A stretch of DNA of 64,000 bases, from positions 730,748-794,747 of the forward strand of contig NW_015172017.1 in assembly GCF_001447785.1 (NCBI RefSeq), in the 5' to 3' direction. The position numbers and the translations under genes were made by a program. The notes under the pieces are model-generated. The model was not told the origin of the DNA. It did not search any database and saw nothing but the letters and a program-made list of their open reading frames with translations. Positions 13,301 through 24,632 of the stretch are shown here, one piece after another (within the stretch, counting starts at the first letter, position 1; the number at the start of each line of letters is the position of its first letter). The stretch is from Gekko japonicus. Taxonomy: Eukaryota.

Positions 13301-16300
13301 TTTACAGTGTGTAATCTGCCTGAGTCTCATGAGAAAGGTGGGCTATAAAGTATATTAAAAAAAATAAGGTTAAAATAGGTCCACTGACACACAATTCCTG
13401 CTACCCAGGATGACCAGACAAACAGATAAAAGCAGCTGACTAGAATCTGGGAGACCCGAGGTTTGAAGCCCAATTCAGACATGACGCTCAGAGTGACATG
13501 GGGTGACTAACCTACCTCACAGGGTTGTTGTGAGGACAAAGTGGTAGGGGATTTGTAAGCCATCCTGACCTTCCTGGAGGAACAACGGGATGAAAATGTG
13601 ATGGCAAGAGAAGATAAGAATGGGATATGTATCACCAGAGGTCAATTCGGGAGGGGGATCGCAGTTCCCCCGGGTGAGGTGTGGGGGGACGGGCACACGA
13701 CGAAGCCCCGCCCCCTGCTTCCAGCCGCCCCGCTTCCAGCCCTCATTCAGCCAGGAGGAGGCAGGAGAAGAGGGAGGGTAAGTTGCTTCCTCCCCGCCTC
13801 TCCCCACCCCTGCCTGCCTGGGGCCAGGGAGGGCCTTGGCGGGGCTTCCTCGCACTCTCGCCGGCCTTGCAGGTCCACCGTCGGGCCCCTGATGTCAGGG
13901 GGTGTGGCATATGCTAATGAGTTATGTTAATGAGTTCCCCTAGCTCCTTTTCTACGAAACGACCCCTGTGTATCACACAGAGTGCTTTGGGCCAAGGCTA
14001 GATTTGTATACTGATATCCTTGAAAGAAGATATCACTTCAAAAAGAACAGTAAACAGTATGATGCGATATCAAAACAAAAAAATTACCTCTTTCATTTTC
14101 ATCAGCTGTTTCATCACCTTTCCCCCCCAAAAAAAATACACACAAATTAATATAAAAATACACAAAGCAGGTATAGTTAACACTCTGTGTTATGAACTAG
14201 ACTACGCTCTGTTTATCAAGGTGGGCTGCCGTGTTGATCTGAAGCAATCGAACAGAGTCCAATGTCTCCTTTAAGACCAACAAAGTTTTATTCAAGATGT
14301 GAGCTTTCGTGTGCATGCACACTTTGAAGTGTGCACACGAACACTCACATCTTGAATAAAACTTTGTTGGTCTTAAAGGTGCCATTATGCTCTATTTATG
14401 TTATTTCTCTTTAGTTGGTCTTAAAGGTGCCATTATGCTCTATTTATGTTATTTCTCTTTAACTGCAATACGGATTGCTTCCCTAACAAAATTCAAAAGC
14501 AATTCTGTAGCAATTTTAACCTTTTCTAACTGCTTGGAGGACTACCACTTACTTAATCGTCTGTCTGGAAGTGAAAACCACATCTCTCTTACAGTTGCCA
14601 ACTAGATCTTGGCTGCACCAAAAATCTGAGCTAGTGCTATGAATTCACTGCTTAGTAAAATGCGCAACTGTTACTATTTTAATTTTAACCCGATATTTTA
14701 AATGTATGTAATAATGACCGCTTCCTAAAGTGTTGAATGTTTTTTCTTTCTCACGTGTTTCAACCATTGCTAAAAAGAAGAAATTCCAACAAAAGAAGAA
14801 ATGATATATAAATTATTGGAAACAGCAGAAATGGATAATTTAACTTTGCAGTTACAAGATAAAAAAGAAGCAGCGTTTGAGAAAATCTGGTTAAGATTAT
14901 ACAAATGGATAGAAATTTACCTTTGAGAACTGATAATGTGATTATAACCAAATGAAGAACTGCTCGAACATTGTATATAAACTGGATTAGGTGTAAAAGA
15001 AAACGGATTTACTATATTATGGAAATTTAAGTAGAGACAAGAGTATATGCTCTAGTGTTTATTGTTTGTCTTATGTCTTATTGTTTGTCTTATGTTGTTG
15101 CTTGTTTCTCAATTTCTCTTTGAAACTAATAAAAGTTTCTTTTAAAAACAAAAAGCATTGTTCTAGCATCTAAGAGATTATGGGCTATGTAGACTTAATT
15201 GAATAAAAAAGAATTCAGAAACATAAGTTATATAATACCTTTTATTAGATCAATCCAAAAAGCACAGCTTTCACGATCTCCAGAATTGTTCATTGGGCTT
15301 GATTTTGCTATGGACTAATGCAACTATCTACAACTGCATTATCTAATATGGGAGTACTGGCATTTAGCCAGTAAAAGGCACTAAGGAAGTTTTGCTGAGT
15401 AATGCCACTACAGTTTTAGCTTGCATTGACTTTTTGCTTAGTGCATCATCTTAATTTGGGGGGGGGAGCTGGTCAAGGCAGTTTACAGAATAAGTCATAA
15501 TAAAAATATAAAACATCATAAAAGGTATTAAAAAACAACAGCATGAACAACATAGCTAGAGCATAAAACAACATAACTCATGTAACTACTTAAAGAGGGT
15601 TTTTTAAATTAAATCAAGCTCCAGGCTTGTTAATACAAGGATAACGGCATTTCGCCTTTGCCTCTAGTCCTTTTAAAGGAGCTATGTGTTCCATAAAGAC
15701 ATTTGATCCATTATTAGCTATAATAATGCTTTCAGCTGGATGGCTTCCATTTTTCGCTACTTGCTCGTAGGGTGCGCATGCAGCCTGATAACAGGCACAC
15801 CCCTTTTTAGAACATCCATCATGGGGAAGAATTCTGGAGAACTTAAAACCTTGCACATGTGTTATTTTGGTTGGTCTTAATAAAATAAAATATTCCTGCC
15901 AACCTAGCAGTTCGAAAGCAAGAAATTGCAAGTAGATAAATAGGTACCACTTCAGTGGGAAGGTAACAGCGTTCCGTGCGCCTTGGTGTTTAGTCATGCC
16001 GACCACATGACCACGCTGGCTCTTCGGCTTTGAAACGGAGATGAGCACCGCAACCCTAGAGTCGGATTCGACTGGCTTTCGAGAAACCCTTTACCTTTAA
16101 TAAAATATACACATGGCTGTTGTTGTTGTTTTTAATTAGTCACTTGTCATTACATTAAAGCATCTGAAGTGGTGTGTGTGTACATAAAAGCTTATACCCA
16201 AAATAAAACGTTGTTGGCCTTAAAGGTGCTGCTGGACTCCGACTTTGTTCTGTCGCTTCAGACCAACATGCCTACCCATCTATTGTCATTACAATGTTAG

Positions 16301-19300
16301 CTTAGGCAGCATCCTGAATTTGTTGTTGTTGTCTGAAAGTCCAGCTGACCTGGCAACTGGGGGGGGGGGCTTGGAGGCAAGGGCCATTCAGAGGGGGCTT
16401 GCCATCGCCTGCCTCTGCATCACAGCCCTGGTATTCCTTGGAGGTCTCCCATCCAGGTATGAATGAATAATTTATTGCAGTCCACGACCAGATACAAGTC
16501 CACACAGCAAAACATTTTTAAGTGTGAAGGTATAGATGTTAAAACACTCCAATCAGATGAACAGATCTAGAACTATAACAGAGTAGTTCCCATCCAAGTA
16601 CTAGCTTCTAAGTCCTGATGAGGTCCGGCTTGCCTGGGCAATCCAGGACAGGGCCTGAATCCGTTGAAGAGAGGGTGGCGGGGGTGAAGTAACAATGGTG
16701 TCAATCAGCCAATAGGCATTAAGTCGCTGGCTTAACAAAGCGGTCAGAGAGATTCAGCAAGAACACAACTTTATTCTTCCGCTCGAACACAACTCCAACA
16801 CAGATCAACATCTGATAGCCAGAACAGCCTTTACATTGCAGCTGTCCTGCTTTTAAACATTCCCGGCCAATGTAGCCACACCCACTGTACAAATACCAAC
16901 CAATAAGGTTGTTCACATAAGGATCAATCACGGACGTTCCCGCTCAGGGAGCTTGCTCGAAGTGATTGGCTTGTTACTTCCTGGGCTAGCAATACTATTG
17001 GATGGATTTGGATCCTAGCCCAGGAGGATGCTTTACATTACACTTCAATTAGATGTTTCACAACATATCATGCATTCAAGGTGGCTTTGAATACACTACA
17101 ATTGGTAACAAAGAAGCTTACCTGCACACAACTGGCGAGTTTCGTCTTCTCCCGTTAAGCAGTCCATTTCCTTGTTACACAGATACTCCTTTGGAATACA
17201 CACGTCTGAGTTACAGTGGAAGCTTTCTCCTCTGCATGCTGTGGGAAATAGACTATTCAGCATACAAGAGAAGTGATCCAAAGGATCATCATCAACACTG
17301 CCATAGAAGGCTACGGACACACTATAGTCAGATTTTAAGTATACGGACTATGCAATGGAACCGGCGATTCTGAACATTGACTCATTATCAGTGGAATGAC
17401 CGCTCTTCTACTTGTGTGTGTGTGTGAGTGTGTATGCATCACAACCATTTATGGTGGTACACCATTAATTTTGTGGAACAACGGGAGCCACTTCCTCTTT
17501 ATTGTGACTCTGGTGTTAGCCCTTGTTCACGATTGGTTGTTTGATATAATGGAAGAGGGAGGCTGAGGCAGATAGTTTTGTTCACTCAGCATTTTTAATT
17601 GGGTTTGTTCACTACTCAACAAGAGAATGATGAAATTGACAAGAAGAGGTTTGACGTTCTGGTTTGGTCAATTTTACTCTGAGAGAGGTGAACCTTAACC
17701 TTCTCGCAACCCGTGGTGAGATTCAGGCCCATAGCTGCGGTGGGGCCATTCGGGGCTCCGCCCCCTCTCTTAAACGGACAGCCCCACAAGATTTTCTTCT
17801 GTAAAAGCTGTTAAAAGCCATTTTAAAGCAGTTCTAAATGTGTGTGTTCCCATGGTGAGCCACGTGCCGAGAACAGAGCCGAGAAGCCCGGCTACACACG
17901 ACATCTCTGGTTTTTTCTTAGCGCCCGCCAGGGAGAGAAATTACAGCCAAGGAGTGGTGGGGTGAGGAGATTGTGGGGAGCTGGATTTATTTTTTAGCTG
18001 TAAAATTCAAGCCCCGCCTGGCTACAGGCCTGGTGAGATTCTTATCCATGAGTGGATACCATATGGCTACAGACTGTGTCCCAAATCATGTTGAAAAAGG
18101 GTGGTCCAGCAGCAGGCGCGTACCTTTGCAACACAATTCATCACTTAGGTCTCCGCAGTCATTTATTCCATCGCATGTTTTATCCGAAGGGATGCATTTG
18201 CTGTTGACACAGTGGAATTCGCTGGAGGAACATTCTGTCAAATGAGGAGAGAGACAAGTATTTTTGAAGAAAAATTGCTGGAAAAGGAGAAACTTCTTAA
18301 GAGGACTAGGTTCTAGAATGAATGGATTACGGTAGCCAATCCCCCTCCATGAGGGAGGGGTTTCCCCTGATTTTGAGGGCCCCAATCCACTGCTTGCCAA
18401 CTGGCTGGTGGGGGAGGGGAGCCCTGCCCCTGAAGAGCCCCACCACGCTTGACGTGCGCAGCGCAATGACGTCATCGCGCTGGGCATGCTAAAACTATGG
18501 TGACTAGATCAGATTAGTTAGGGCTATTAGTGCCGCGACCAATGTTCACTGTAATCCCCCTCTCCGACTGAGCTGAGCAGTTCACATCTTGAGCAGAATT
18601 CAACTACTGTCATCTTAAAATGGGCCATGGGCAGTGCAAGACGTTGTGTGGCTCCCGGTTGCTGCTGAGCGGGGCTTCCTGTGTTAATGAGCGACCATTC
18701 ACTTGCACAGCTTAGAGGGAACACTGGCTGGGACAAGAAAGTTACATCTTGTGATCTAGGTCAGTTCCATAGCCGCGGTGAGAAAGAGATGGGTTTCCCC
18801 TCTCCTTGCAGTAAGGGTTGAAGGACAAAGAAAGCGGAAAAGAACAATAAAAACTCCTATCTTTGCGCCTCTGAGCTCAGGAAATTACTCTTAATGAGCC
18901 AGTCAGAGGGAAGCTTCTGGGACCCCTAACTGTGGACTCCAATTCCCAGGTGCAACAATTCTTAAAGATACAGAGCAGTTTTACTAAACTACAGATAACG
19001 CTGACTGGGTCCAGCACAACTACACTGGACCAACAGCTAATATCATAAGCAATGAATCTTTGTAACACGAGCTCATTGGCTTCTAATGTTACAGCATCAC
19101 TAAAGTGAAACATGCAGTGTAAAATTACTCACCAAGCATATGATACAGCTTCCCCTCACCCACCTTGGAAACCATATTTTACCTACCTCTAGGTGTTGTG
19201 TGGCACACCACCTTGGCAAGCTTACTGTCACCCCTGCTGGTTCTAGCTAAAGAGCATTCGGCTAGGCTGGTCTCTATGCCTCTGCAAGTCGCTTTAAGGC

Positions 19301-22300
19301 ATTCCGATGAATCCCAGGCATCATTTGGGTGCCCCAATTCTATGCGGTCAGCCCCCCTGCAAAATGCAAACAAAAATGTGTCGAGAACCACGTGTGTTAT
19401 TTAGTTCAGACTTTAATGTCCACTGTGGACAAGGAGAGAGGATGGTTTGTTTTTTATTTTTCAGTAATTTCACTACTTCTTGGAAAGCTACCTGCCTCAG
19501 AGAAGGCAAGATCAAAGGGTATCTCTAGTGCTATCTCTAGTGCTTCTGATTCCACGACGGGGATAAAACTATCTAGCTGTGGCTGTGGGATTTTGACAAG
19601 TGCCTGTGGGAGGGGACGCAAGGGGGAGTCAAGAGCCAGACAGAGCTCAGCGCTTCCAGAACGTGTGTCCATTTGACCCTTTAAGCCAGAGATGTCAAAC
19701 TCATTTGTCACAAGGGCCGGATCTGACAAAAATGTCACTTTGTCGAGCCGGGCCATGTATGCCATAAACGTAATGCCAGATACCGGAGATATAAACTGTA
19801 TAAAGGACAGCAGCTGGTCAGCTCCGAGTTGGTGCATCTTCACTGCAAGGCCCCCTGGGCTGGGAGGGGGGGGCTAAGGGAAAACCCATTTGGGCAGACT
19901 GGAGAGCCAGCGGTGCAGCACTGGGCAGACACCCCCATGCTGCTCGACTGCCGTGCTGAAGCCACAATTGGAGTGGCTCCACGCACTCCCCCAAAGACGT
20001 CTCCTGCTCCCTCCCTTGCACTAGTTGCTTGCAGGCTGCATAAGAGTCCTGGGTGGGCCGGTTCCGGGCCCCAGGCCTTATATTTGACACCCCTGATGTA
20101 ATGAGTCTAGGAGTATCATTGGTCTCAGCCATGCTATTGAAGTGTGGATCTGACAACCCTGTTTTTTAAGATGTGGGTCAGCTGCCATAATGTAGCCTTT
20201 GGGACTGAGTTATGTACAGCAGTATCCTGCATGAGACACCCTGTGGCAGCCCCGTAGCTAGGGATTTTTTGGGGGATGGGGCCTTGGGGGGGCCAGTAGC
20301 CAATTTAAAAAAGTTAATAATAATATCTTTTGATTTATTAATCGCTCAATCCTGCAGAGCTGCTGGCTCTGAGCGATTTACAGTTACACATATTAACAAG
20401 GGACTAGCAATGATTCATAGGGGGTAAGGGAGGACAACATATAAATCTTTTAAAGTTGCACACGTTTGCAGCCGACGGGTTTTTTTTTCCAGCTGTAGAC
20501 TTAGACGTGTTCCAGACGGCATTCACTCGGCTTGGCTTGATGATGTCAGTTTTTCCAGGACTGCTTCGAGTTGCAGCGTTGCACTGCCACCGCCTGGCCG
20601 GATTGGCCCATCGCAGGCTTCTTAATGCCGAAGAGATCCTTCCAGGCTTCCGAGCTTACAAGCTGGACATTCCGTTTCGCTGGCTAACACCTCCCCCCAC
20701 CGGGGGGTTTAATTAAATTAACTTTGATTTAATTGGTGGGACCCCTTAGAACTCCTAGGGCAGCCCTGTACCCCCCAGGCTCCAGGGCAAGGGGGGGGCA
20801 ATGCCCAGCAGCTGTAGCTTCCCTCCTCCCCCCCCCGGCAAGGGCAGGCCGTCCCTGCAGAGCGTCTGGCTCTCTCCTCCCTGGAACCCAGTTCCTCTTC
20901 CCACGGCACAGCATAAGGGGCAGCCTGATGTCCACCCTCAGCTCCCTCCCGGGGCTGGGAGAGGTGAGGCGCGCGGCAGCCAGGCTGGCCACAGAGCCAC
21001 TGCGTGTGGTTTTGTTGGTACAATGGAGCGCAGCCAGGGTCAAGAGGAGGTGGCGGCTTGCCTCCTTGCCTGCCTGGCTGGGCTTACCTGCTGCTGGCGC
21101 ACGGCACAGGGAGCATCTAGTGGAAGCCCGAGATGGAGGCTTCTCCTTGTGCCATTCATGCTCGCTGCCTGCCCGGGCCGCTCTCTTACGCCCAGCCTCA
21201 CTGCTGCCGCGGCTCCTGCTTCTGCTGCCCTCATCCTCCCTGCCGACAGGCAATCGGGGTGAGGTGGCCTGGAGGGGAGGGGGAGCCATGGGTCCGGGAG
21301 GGGGCCCATAAAAACCACTAGGGGGCCAGGCCCCGTGAGCCCCATGGTAGCTACGGGCCTGCGGCCTGTGGTAACTTTATCCCACCATTCCTACTGTCCT
21401 TGTAAACCCATTCTAACAGGACACTACGGAATCCCAGGGTACAGGTGGAAGGCAGAAGGCGCACTTAGGGTTGCAGACTCCACGATGGGAAATTCCTGGG
21501 GATCTGGAGGCGGAGCCTGGGGAGGGGAGGGCATAAGGCCATAGGATCCATTCCGAACGCTGCCATTTCTTCCGGAGGATCTGATCTCTGTGGTCTGGAG
21601 ATCGGGTGTAACTCCAGGAGATCTCCAGGCCCCACCTGGAGGTTGGCAATCCTAGGTACATCAACCTTACCAGGCTTAGCAGCTCCTGGTTATATGGGAC
21701 ATCTCCTGGGAACCCTATAAGTGCTGCTTTGGGTTTCAAGGTGGAGGAAACAAAAAATATACAAAGAAGAAGAAGAAGAGGAGGAGGAGGAGGAGGAGGA
21801 GGAGGAGGAGGAGATCGGATTTATACCCCGCCCTTCACTCAGAGTCTCAGAGCGGCTTACAATCTCCTTTCCCTGCTCTTCCCCACAACAGACACCCTGG
21901 CTGAGTTCAGACTGGCAGTTTGAAGCCGGAGGGAGTCGTGGCAAAAAAAGACCCGGAACAGACTGTTCCGGGTTTTCCGGTCACACTGCACCGACTGATA
22001 CAGGAGCATACCGGGGAGGAGGCGCAAGGGAGCGTTCGCACTGTTGGCCCGCCCCTGATGGAGGCACGGCTGTAAGGCTCAGCCCTCTTTTTGGAAATCT
22101 GGAATGGGAGCTGAGGTAAGGAAAGAACTGGCCATGACTCAGTTTGAAGGTTGGCTGGATCCAACCCTGTGCTACAGAGGTCTTTACAGATGCTGGCTCT
22201 TTGCTAGACAGTGGCACCTTCTTTAAACCTCATACTTATCAGCATAACATGTTTTCCCCGTCACATAACCTTACTCCAGAAAACGAAGATGTCTGCAGAC

Positions 22301-23740
22301 CACGTTTGCTTCATTCATACCCCATCCATGCCCACAAATAAACTTCTTCTGGGAATTTACTTTGACTTCAATAAATCTCTCGGATGCATTTTCTGGCTTC
22401 AGGGAAACTTCAAAGTTGTCTGGAAGGCAAAATGAAACTTGCTAACACTTCTGTCTCTCTAGCTGCAAGGCTTATCAGCACGTGACATTCCCACTGTGGC
22501 AATTTTTTTTAAATGGGAAATTCCCTTGAAGCATAAGCCATTTTAAATCAACCTTAATTTCACTGTAATCTTCAGACGGAAAGTCATAACTTTTTAAAAA
22601 CAGAAAACCAAACAAAATACGACAAGGCAGATTTTGGGCATAGTTCTGGAAACCTATGAAACCAATATAACTTAAATAGTCATGATAATTACTTACTGCC
22701 CTTGATTAAACAAAGTTATATTTAATTTGCCACTGCAAACTGAACACAAAAAACCCAGCAGACACATTTCTCATTTAAAAAAGAAATTCCATTTTCAGTG
22801 AACCAAAGCATTAAGATTCTTGTCTTGAAAAGAAACTTAACAGATGTCCCTTACTATCTTCTAAGATTCTTAAGACCACATCCTGAAGACATTACCAGTG
22901 TTCCCTCTAAGCTGTTAGGGTGAGCTAGCTCCGTTTTTTAGCTTCCAGCTTTATGCAGGAACCAAATTGCTTGCTCACAACTTTAATACCAGTAGCTCAC
23001 AAAGTACAACAGCTTAGAGGGAACATTGAACATTACAGAATAACTGGTTAAAGCCAGCATGGTTGAGCTTCCCATCCTTACTAATTAGTCCTTGTCACTA
23101 CGAGTGAGGAAGAGATACAACATTCATACCTTGAAGTTTACAGCTTCCTCTGCTCCTAAATTTGCTCTTGGGACGTTGACATTCGTAGCTCTTTAGTTGG
23201 CAGTAATTTCGAAAAGTCCTTCCCTCGGCAGTACAAACTGAGGTGCCATTCCTTGGGCATTGATAGGGCAGCTTACAGAGACAGGCACCATCCACACACT
23301 TCTGCCAGGGTTGGCAAAAAACTTTGCTGCAAGAATTAACCGTATAGCTGTTCCTTACGCATTCTTCTATCAAATAGTTTTCTTGCTGACCTAGTGGAGC
23401 TTCCCGGGTTGGCTTCTTTCTGCTTCTAGATTTAGCCTGTAAGGGAAAAAAAAATGCTTCTAGCAATAGGATCCTCCAAGCAGAGTATTTCCCCCTGTCC
23501 AAATCCACAGAAATCAATGGCCTCAGAAGGCTGTAATTACACTTAGGATTGCACTGGAAAGAGCACATAACTTGAACCAGCTAGGTTTTCCTTACGGTCC
23601 CTAACATAAATAAAACACATGACAGCTGAAATGTGTTTCTCAGTTATAAACAATTTTATCTAAAATAAAATCCTTACCTTTATTGCATAAGCACAAAGCA
23701 ATGAGTATAAAATGAACAGGAGAGCTGTGAATAGTCTCAT
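1171..23740 (-). CDS. CFI: Complement factor I (or CFI-like paralog), complete 13-exon gene, 596 aa
   Basis: 13 exons with GT-AG junctions and compatible phases sum to 1791 nt (63+307+145+170+111+117+30+39+104+107+278+102+218), in frame. Domain order FIMAC-SRCR-LDLa-LDLa-RRKR/IIGG-serine protease is diagnostic of factor I. Confidence 0.93.
1897..2569. mobile_element. PIF/Harbinger-like MITE, copy 1
   Basis: TIR GGGTGC(A/G)TTCAGA...TCTGAACGCACCC; near-duplicate at 9930. Confidence 0.7.
3133..3234 (-). CDS. CFI: CFI exon 12
   Basis: Hand translation [33 protein letters not shown]; ttttag / gtgagt. Confidence 0.92.
3324..3749 (-). mobile_element. Candidate solo LTR
   Basis: TGTGG...CCACA termini; CCAAT, TATA-like and AATAAA in LTR order on minus strand; TSD unclear. 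Confidence 0.45.
4647..4880 (-). mobile_element. Sauria SINE (3' part)
   Basis: BovB-like tail and (ACCTTT)n end on minus strand. Confidence 0.8.
5453..5758 (+). mobile_element. BovB/RTE LINE 3' fragment
   Basis: LKLKYFGH...[12 protein letters not shown]...VAKSRTRL, (CAA)n tail. Confidence 0.9.
5760..6108 (+). mobile_element. L1/Tx1-type LINE 3' fragment with poly(A)
   Basis: RWYMTPKK...CWKC...[10 protein letters not shown] zinc knuckle; AATAAA and A-tail. Confidence 0.8.
6622..6945 (+). mobile_element. Sauria SINE
   Basis: GAGATGAGCACCGCAACCCTAGAGTCGGACTCGACT...(ACCTTT)n. Confidence 0.85.
7195..7472 (-). CDS. CFI: CFI exon 11 (catalytic Asp)
   Basis: [21 protein letters not shown]...[22 protein letters not shown]; tttcag / gtaatt. 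Confidence 0.95.
8944..9149. mobile_element. hAT MITE, CAGTGTTCCCTCTAAGCTG family (other copies near 3887, 4390, 11520, 12560, 22896, 38785)
   Basis: 19-bp TIRs; 8-bp TSDs at the 22896-23028 and 38785-38990 copies. Confidence 0.8.
9472..9578 (-). CDS. CFI: CFI exon 10 (catalytic His)
   Basis: Hand translation [35 protein letters not shown]; tgcag / gtaagt. Confidence 0.95.
9930..10589. mobile_element. PIF/Harbinger-like MITE, copy 2
   Basis: Same TIRs, 3-bp TSD TGA/TGA. Confidence 0.75.
10827..11519. mobile_element. hAT MITE (CAGGGGTCATTTTG TIR), nested
   Basis: Inverted termini; TSD TCTGGAAC/TTTGGAAC. Confidence 0.7.
11568..11787. mobile_element. hAT MITE (TAGGGTTGCCA TIR family), nested
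   Basis: TAGGGTTGCCA...TGGCAACCCTA; TSD GTCAGAAG/GCCAGAAG; relatives near 4250-5275, 7800-8020, 21466-21654. Confidence 0.75.
12312..12415 (-). CDS. CFI: CFI exon 9 (heavy/light chain junction, RRKR/IIGG)
   Basis: [35 protein letters not shown]; furin-type tetrabasic site. Confidence 0.95.
13000..13038 (-). CDS. CFI: CFI exon 8 (39-nt micro-exon, [13 protein letters not shown])
   Basis: ctacag acceptor, gtaacc donor; ends in MDA like the factor I MDAERRRIK linker. Confidence 0.85.
14088..14117 (-). CDS. CFI: CFI exon 7 (30-nt micro-exon, [10 protein letters not shown])
   Basis: aag|GTGATGAAACAGCTGATGAAAATGAAAGAG|gtaat; frame-preserving, acidic like the heavy-chain divergent segment; weak G-rich acceptor. 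Confidence 0.55.
14215..14461. repeat. Penelope-type terminal remnant forming a palindrome, plus a 48-bp tandem duplication
   Basis: TTTAAGACCAACAAAGTTTTATTCAAGATGTGAG and its reverse complement; 14366-14461 duplicated. Confidence 0.7.
14760..15152 (+). mobile_element. L1-type 3' fragment
   Basis: A-rich ORF2 C-terminal-like sequence, T-rich UTR, AATAAA and A-tail. Confidence 0.5.
15894..16097 (+). mobile_element. Sauria SINE (3' part)
   Basis: Same core and tail as the other copies. Confidence 0.8.
16330..16655 (-). mobile_element. 5S rRNA-derived SINE interrupted by a retro-insertion
   Basis: 5S-like GTACTTGGATGGGAGACC; insert 16460-16587 flanked by TCCCATCCA(G/A)GTA duplication. Confidence 0.6.
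16685..17041 (-). mobile_element. Candidate solo LTR
   Basis: TG...CA termini on minus strand, several CCAAT boxes, AATAAA; no clear TSD. Confidence 0.4.
17122..17238 (-). CDS. CFI: CFI exon 6 (LDLa 2)
   Basis: [39 protein letters not shown]; phase 1-1. Confidence 0.93.
17724..18032. mobile_element. hAT MITE (CAGGCC..TAGC TIR)
   Basis: Exact 8-bp TSD GTGAGATT; relatives at 20247-21361 and 26851-27032 (TSD GTAGGAAG). Confidence 0.8.
18124..18234 (-). CDS. CFI: CFI exon 5 (LDLa 1)
   Basis: [36 protein letters not shown]; phase 1-1. Confidence 0.95.
19187..19356 (-). CDS. CFI: CFI exon 4 (SRCR second half)
   Basis: [36 protein letters not shown]...AKVVCH; ttgcag acceptor, gtaggt donor. Confidence 0.92.
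20320..20700 (-). mobile_element. L2-like LINE 3' end with (TTA)n tail (second copy 29268-29510)
   Basis: TGTAAATCGCTCAGAG...GAGCGATTAATAAAT terminal hairpin; two diverged copies. Confidence 0.5.
21764..21900 (-). mobile_element. Squam3-like tRNA-SINE 3' end with expanded (GAA)n(GAG)n tail
   Basis: Matches 3' half of the 39572 and 59568 copies. Confidence 0.7.
22275..22419 (-). CDS. CFI: CFI exon 3 (SRCR first half)
   Basis: Hand translation [48 protein letters not shown]; ttccag acceptor, gtaagg donor. Confidence 0.9.
23130..23436 (-). CDS. CFI: CFI exon 2 (FIMAC domain)
   Basis: [34 protein letters not shown]...YCQLKSYEC; acceptor ttacag, donor gtatga. Confidence 0.95.
23678..23740 (-). 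CDS. CFI: CFI exon 1 (signal peptide [21 protein letters not shown])
   Basis: ATG at 23740-23738, hydrophobic leader, donor AAG|GTAAGG, phase 0. Confidence 0.85.
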
Positions 23741-23813
23741 GATGAAGAGTATCTTCCTGTCTGTTTAGATCTTCTTTCCTTGCAATTCCCCCCTTCCTAT
23801 TTTTCTCGATGCG

Positions 23814-24171
23814 TTTAATTTTTAACCACTAGTAAATATTTAAAAAATCGTTTTGAAAGGTACTTCCTTGTGGACTGATGGTTCTGAACTCGGAGAGGAC
23901 CGTGTCTCAGTTTAGCCTAGTTCGTAACTGCGGAAAAGGTAAGTGAAGATCCCTTTCTCACCCTTAAGGAGTTTCACCTTGTAGCTACTTTACACAGAAA
24001 CGTCTTTGGACCGGCTGCTGTACGCAGATGAAAATGTCCCCTCTTCTGCCCACTTCTCATCCAGGAGGCTCATATTTCAAGGTTCTTTTGGTCAGTTGCT
24101 CAATTTCCTGGCAAATGGATTTTTTAAAAAAACATTGTGTGCTTAGTTCTGGAACTGCTCACTTCTGGGAA
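23814..24171 (-). promoter_or_regulatory. CFI proximal promoter with HNF1-, FOXA-, C/EBP- and STAT3-like motifs
   Basis: GTTAAAAATTAAA on minus strand (23814-23826), GTAAATA (23832-23838), TTGCTCAAT (24096-24104), TTCTGGGAA (24163-24171). Confidence 0.45.
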
Positions 24172-24499
24172 GAGTATTAACAAAAGCGACAAAAGGAAAT
24201 CTGGTATATCTTATTCATAATGCTGGGGGAAAAAAGCATCACATAACAGGCTCTCATAATCGCATTCCTAAAATCTTGCCACATCACAATAAATATCTAC
24301 TTTTATTCTGACCTACTGAAACGTCAGGCTGGATTCCTAGAAACCTTTTCCTGAGAGTAAGTCCCATTGGATACAGTAAGGCTTACTTACAAGTAGACCT
24401 GCTTGTGCTTGGGGTTGCCAGCCTTCAGTTGGGGCCCGGAGTTCTCCTGCGATTGTAACTGATCTCTACAGGGATCAGTTCCTCTGGATGAAATGATCA

Positions 24500-24632
24500 T
24501 AGATCCAGAGGAATTAGCCATGTTAGACTGTTGCTACAAAATAGTAAAAAGTCCAGTTAGTGCCTTTAAGACTAACAAACTTTATTGAAGCATAAGCTTT
24601 CAAGAAACACAGCTCTCTTCGTCAGATGCATC
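24500..24632 (-). mobile_element. Penelope-like terminal remnant with hammerhead-like motif
   Basis: GCATCTGACGAAGAGAGCTGTGTTTCTTGAAAGCTTATGC on minus strand. Confidence 0.65.

Noticed and set aside
20718-21345. Several 100-190 aa overlapping ORFs
   Set aside because: GC-rich interior of a hAT-like non-autonomous element; stop-poor by composition.
21721-22119. Poly-Glu/Gly/Ser ORFs
   Set aside because: Translation of a (GAA)(GAG) microsatellite grown from a SINE tail.
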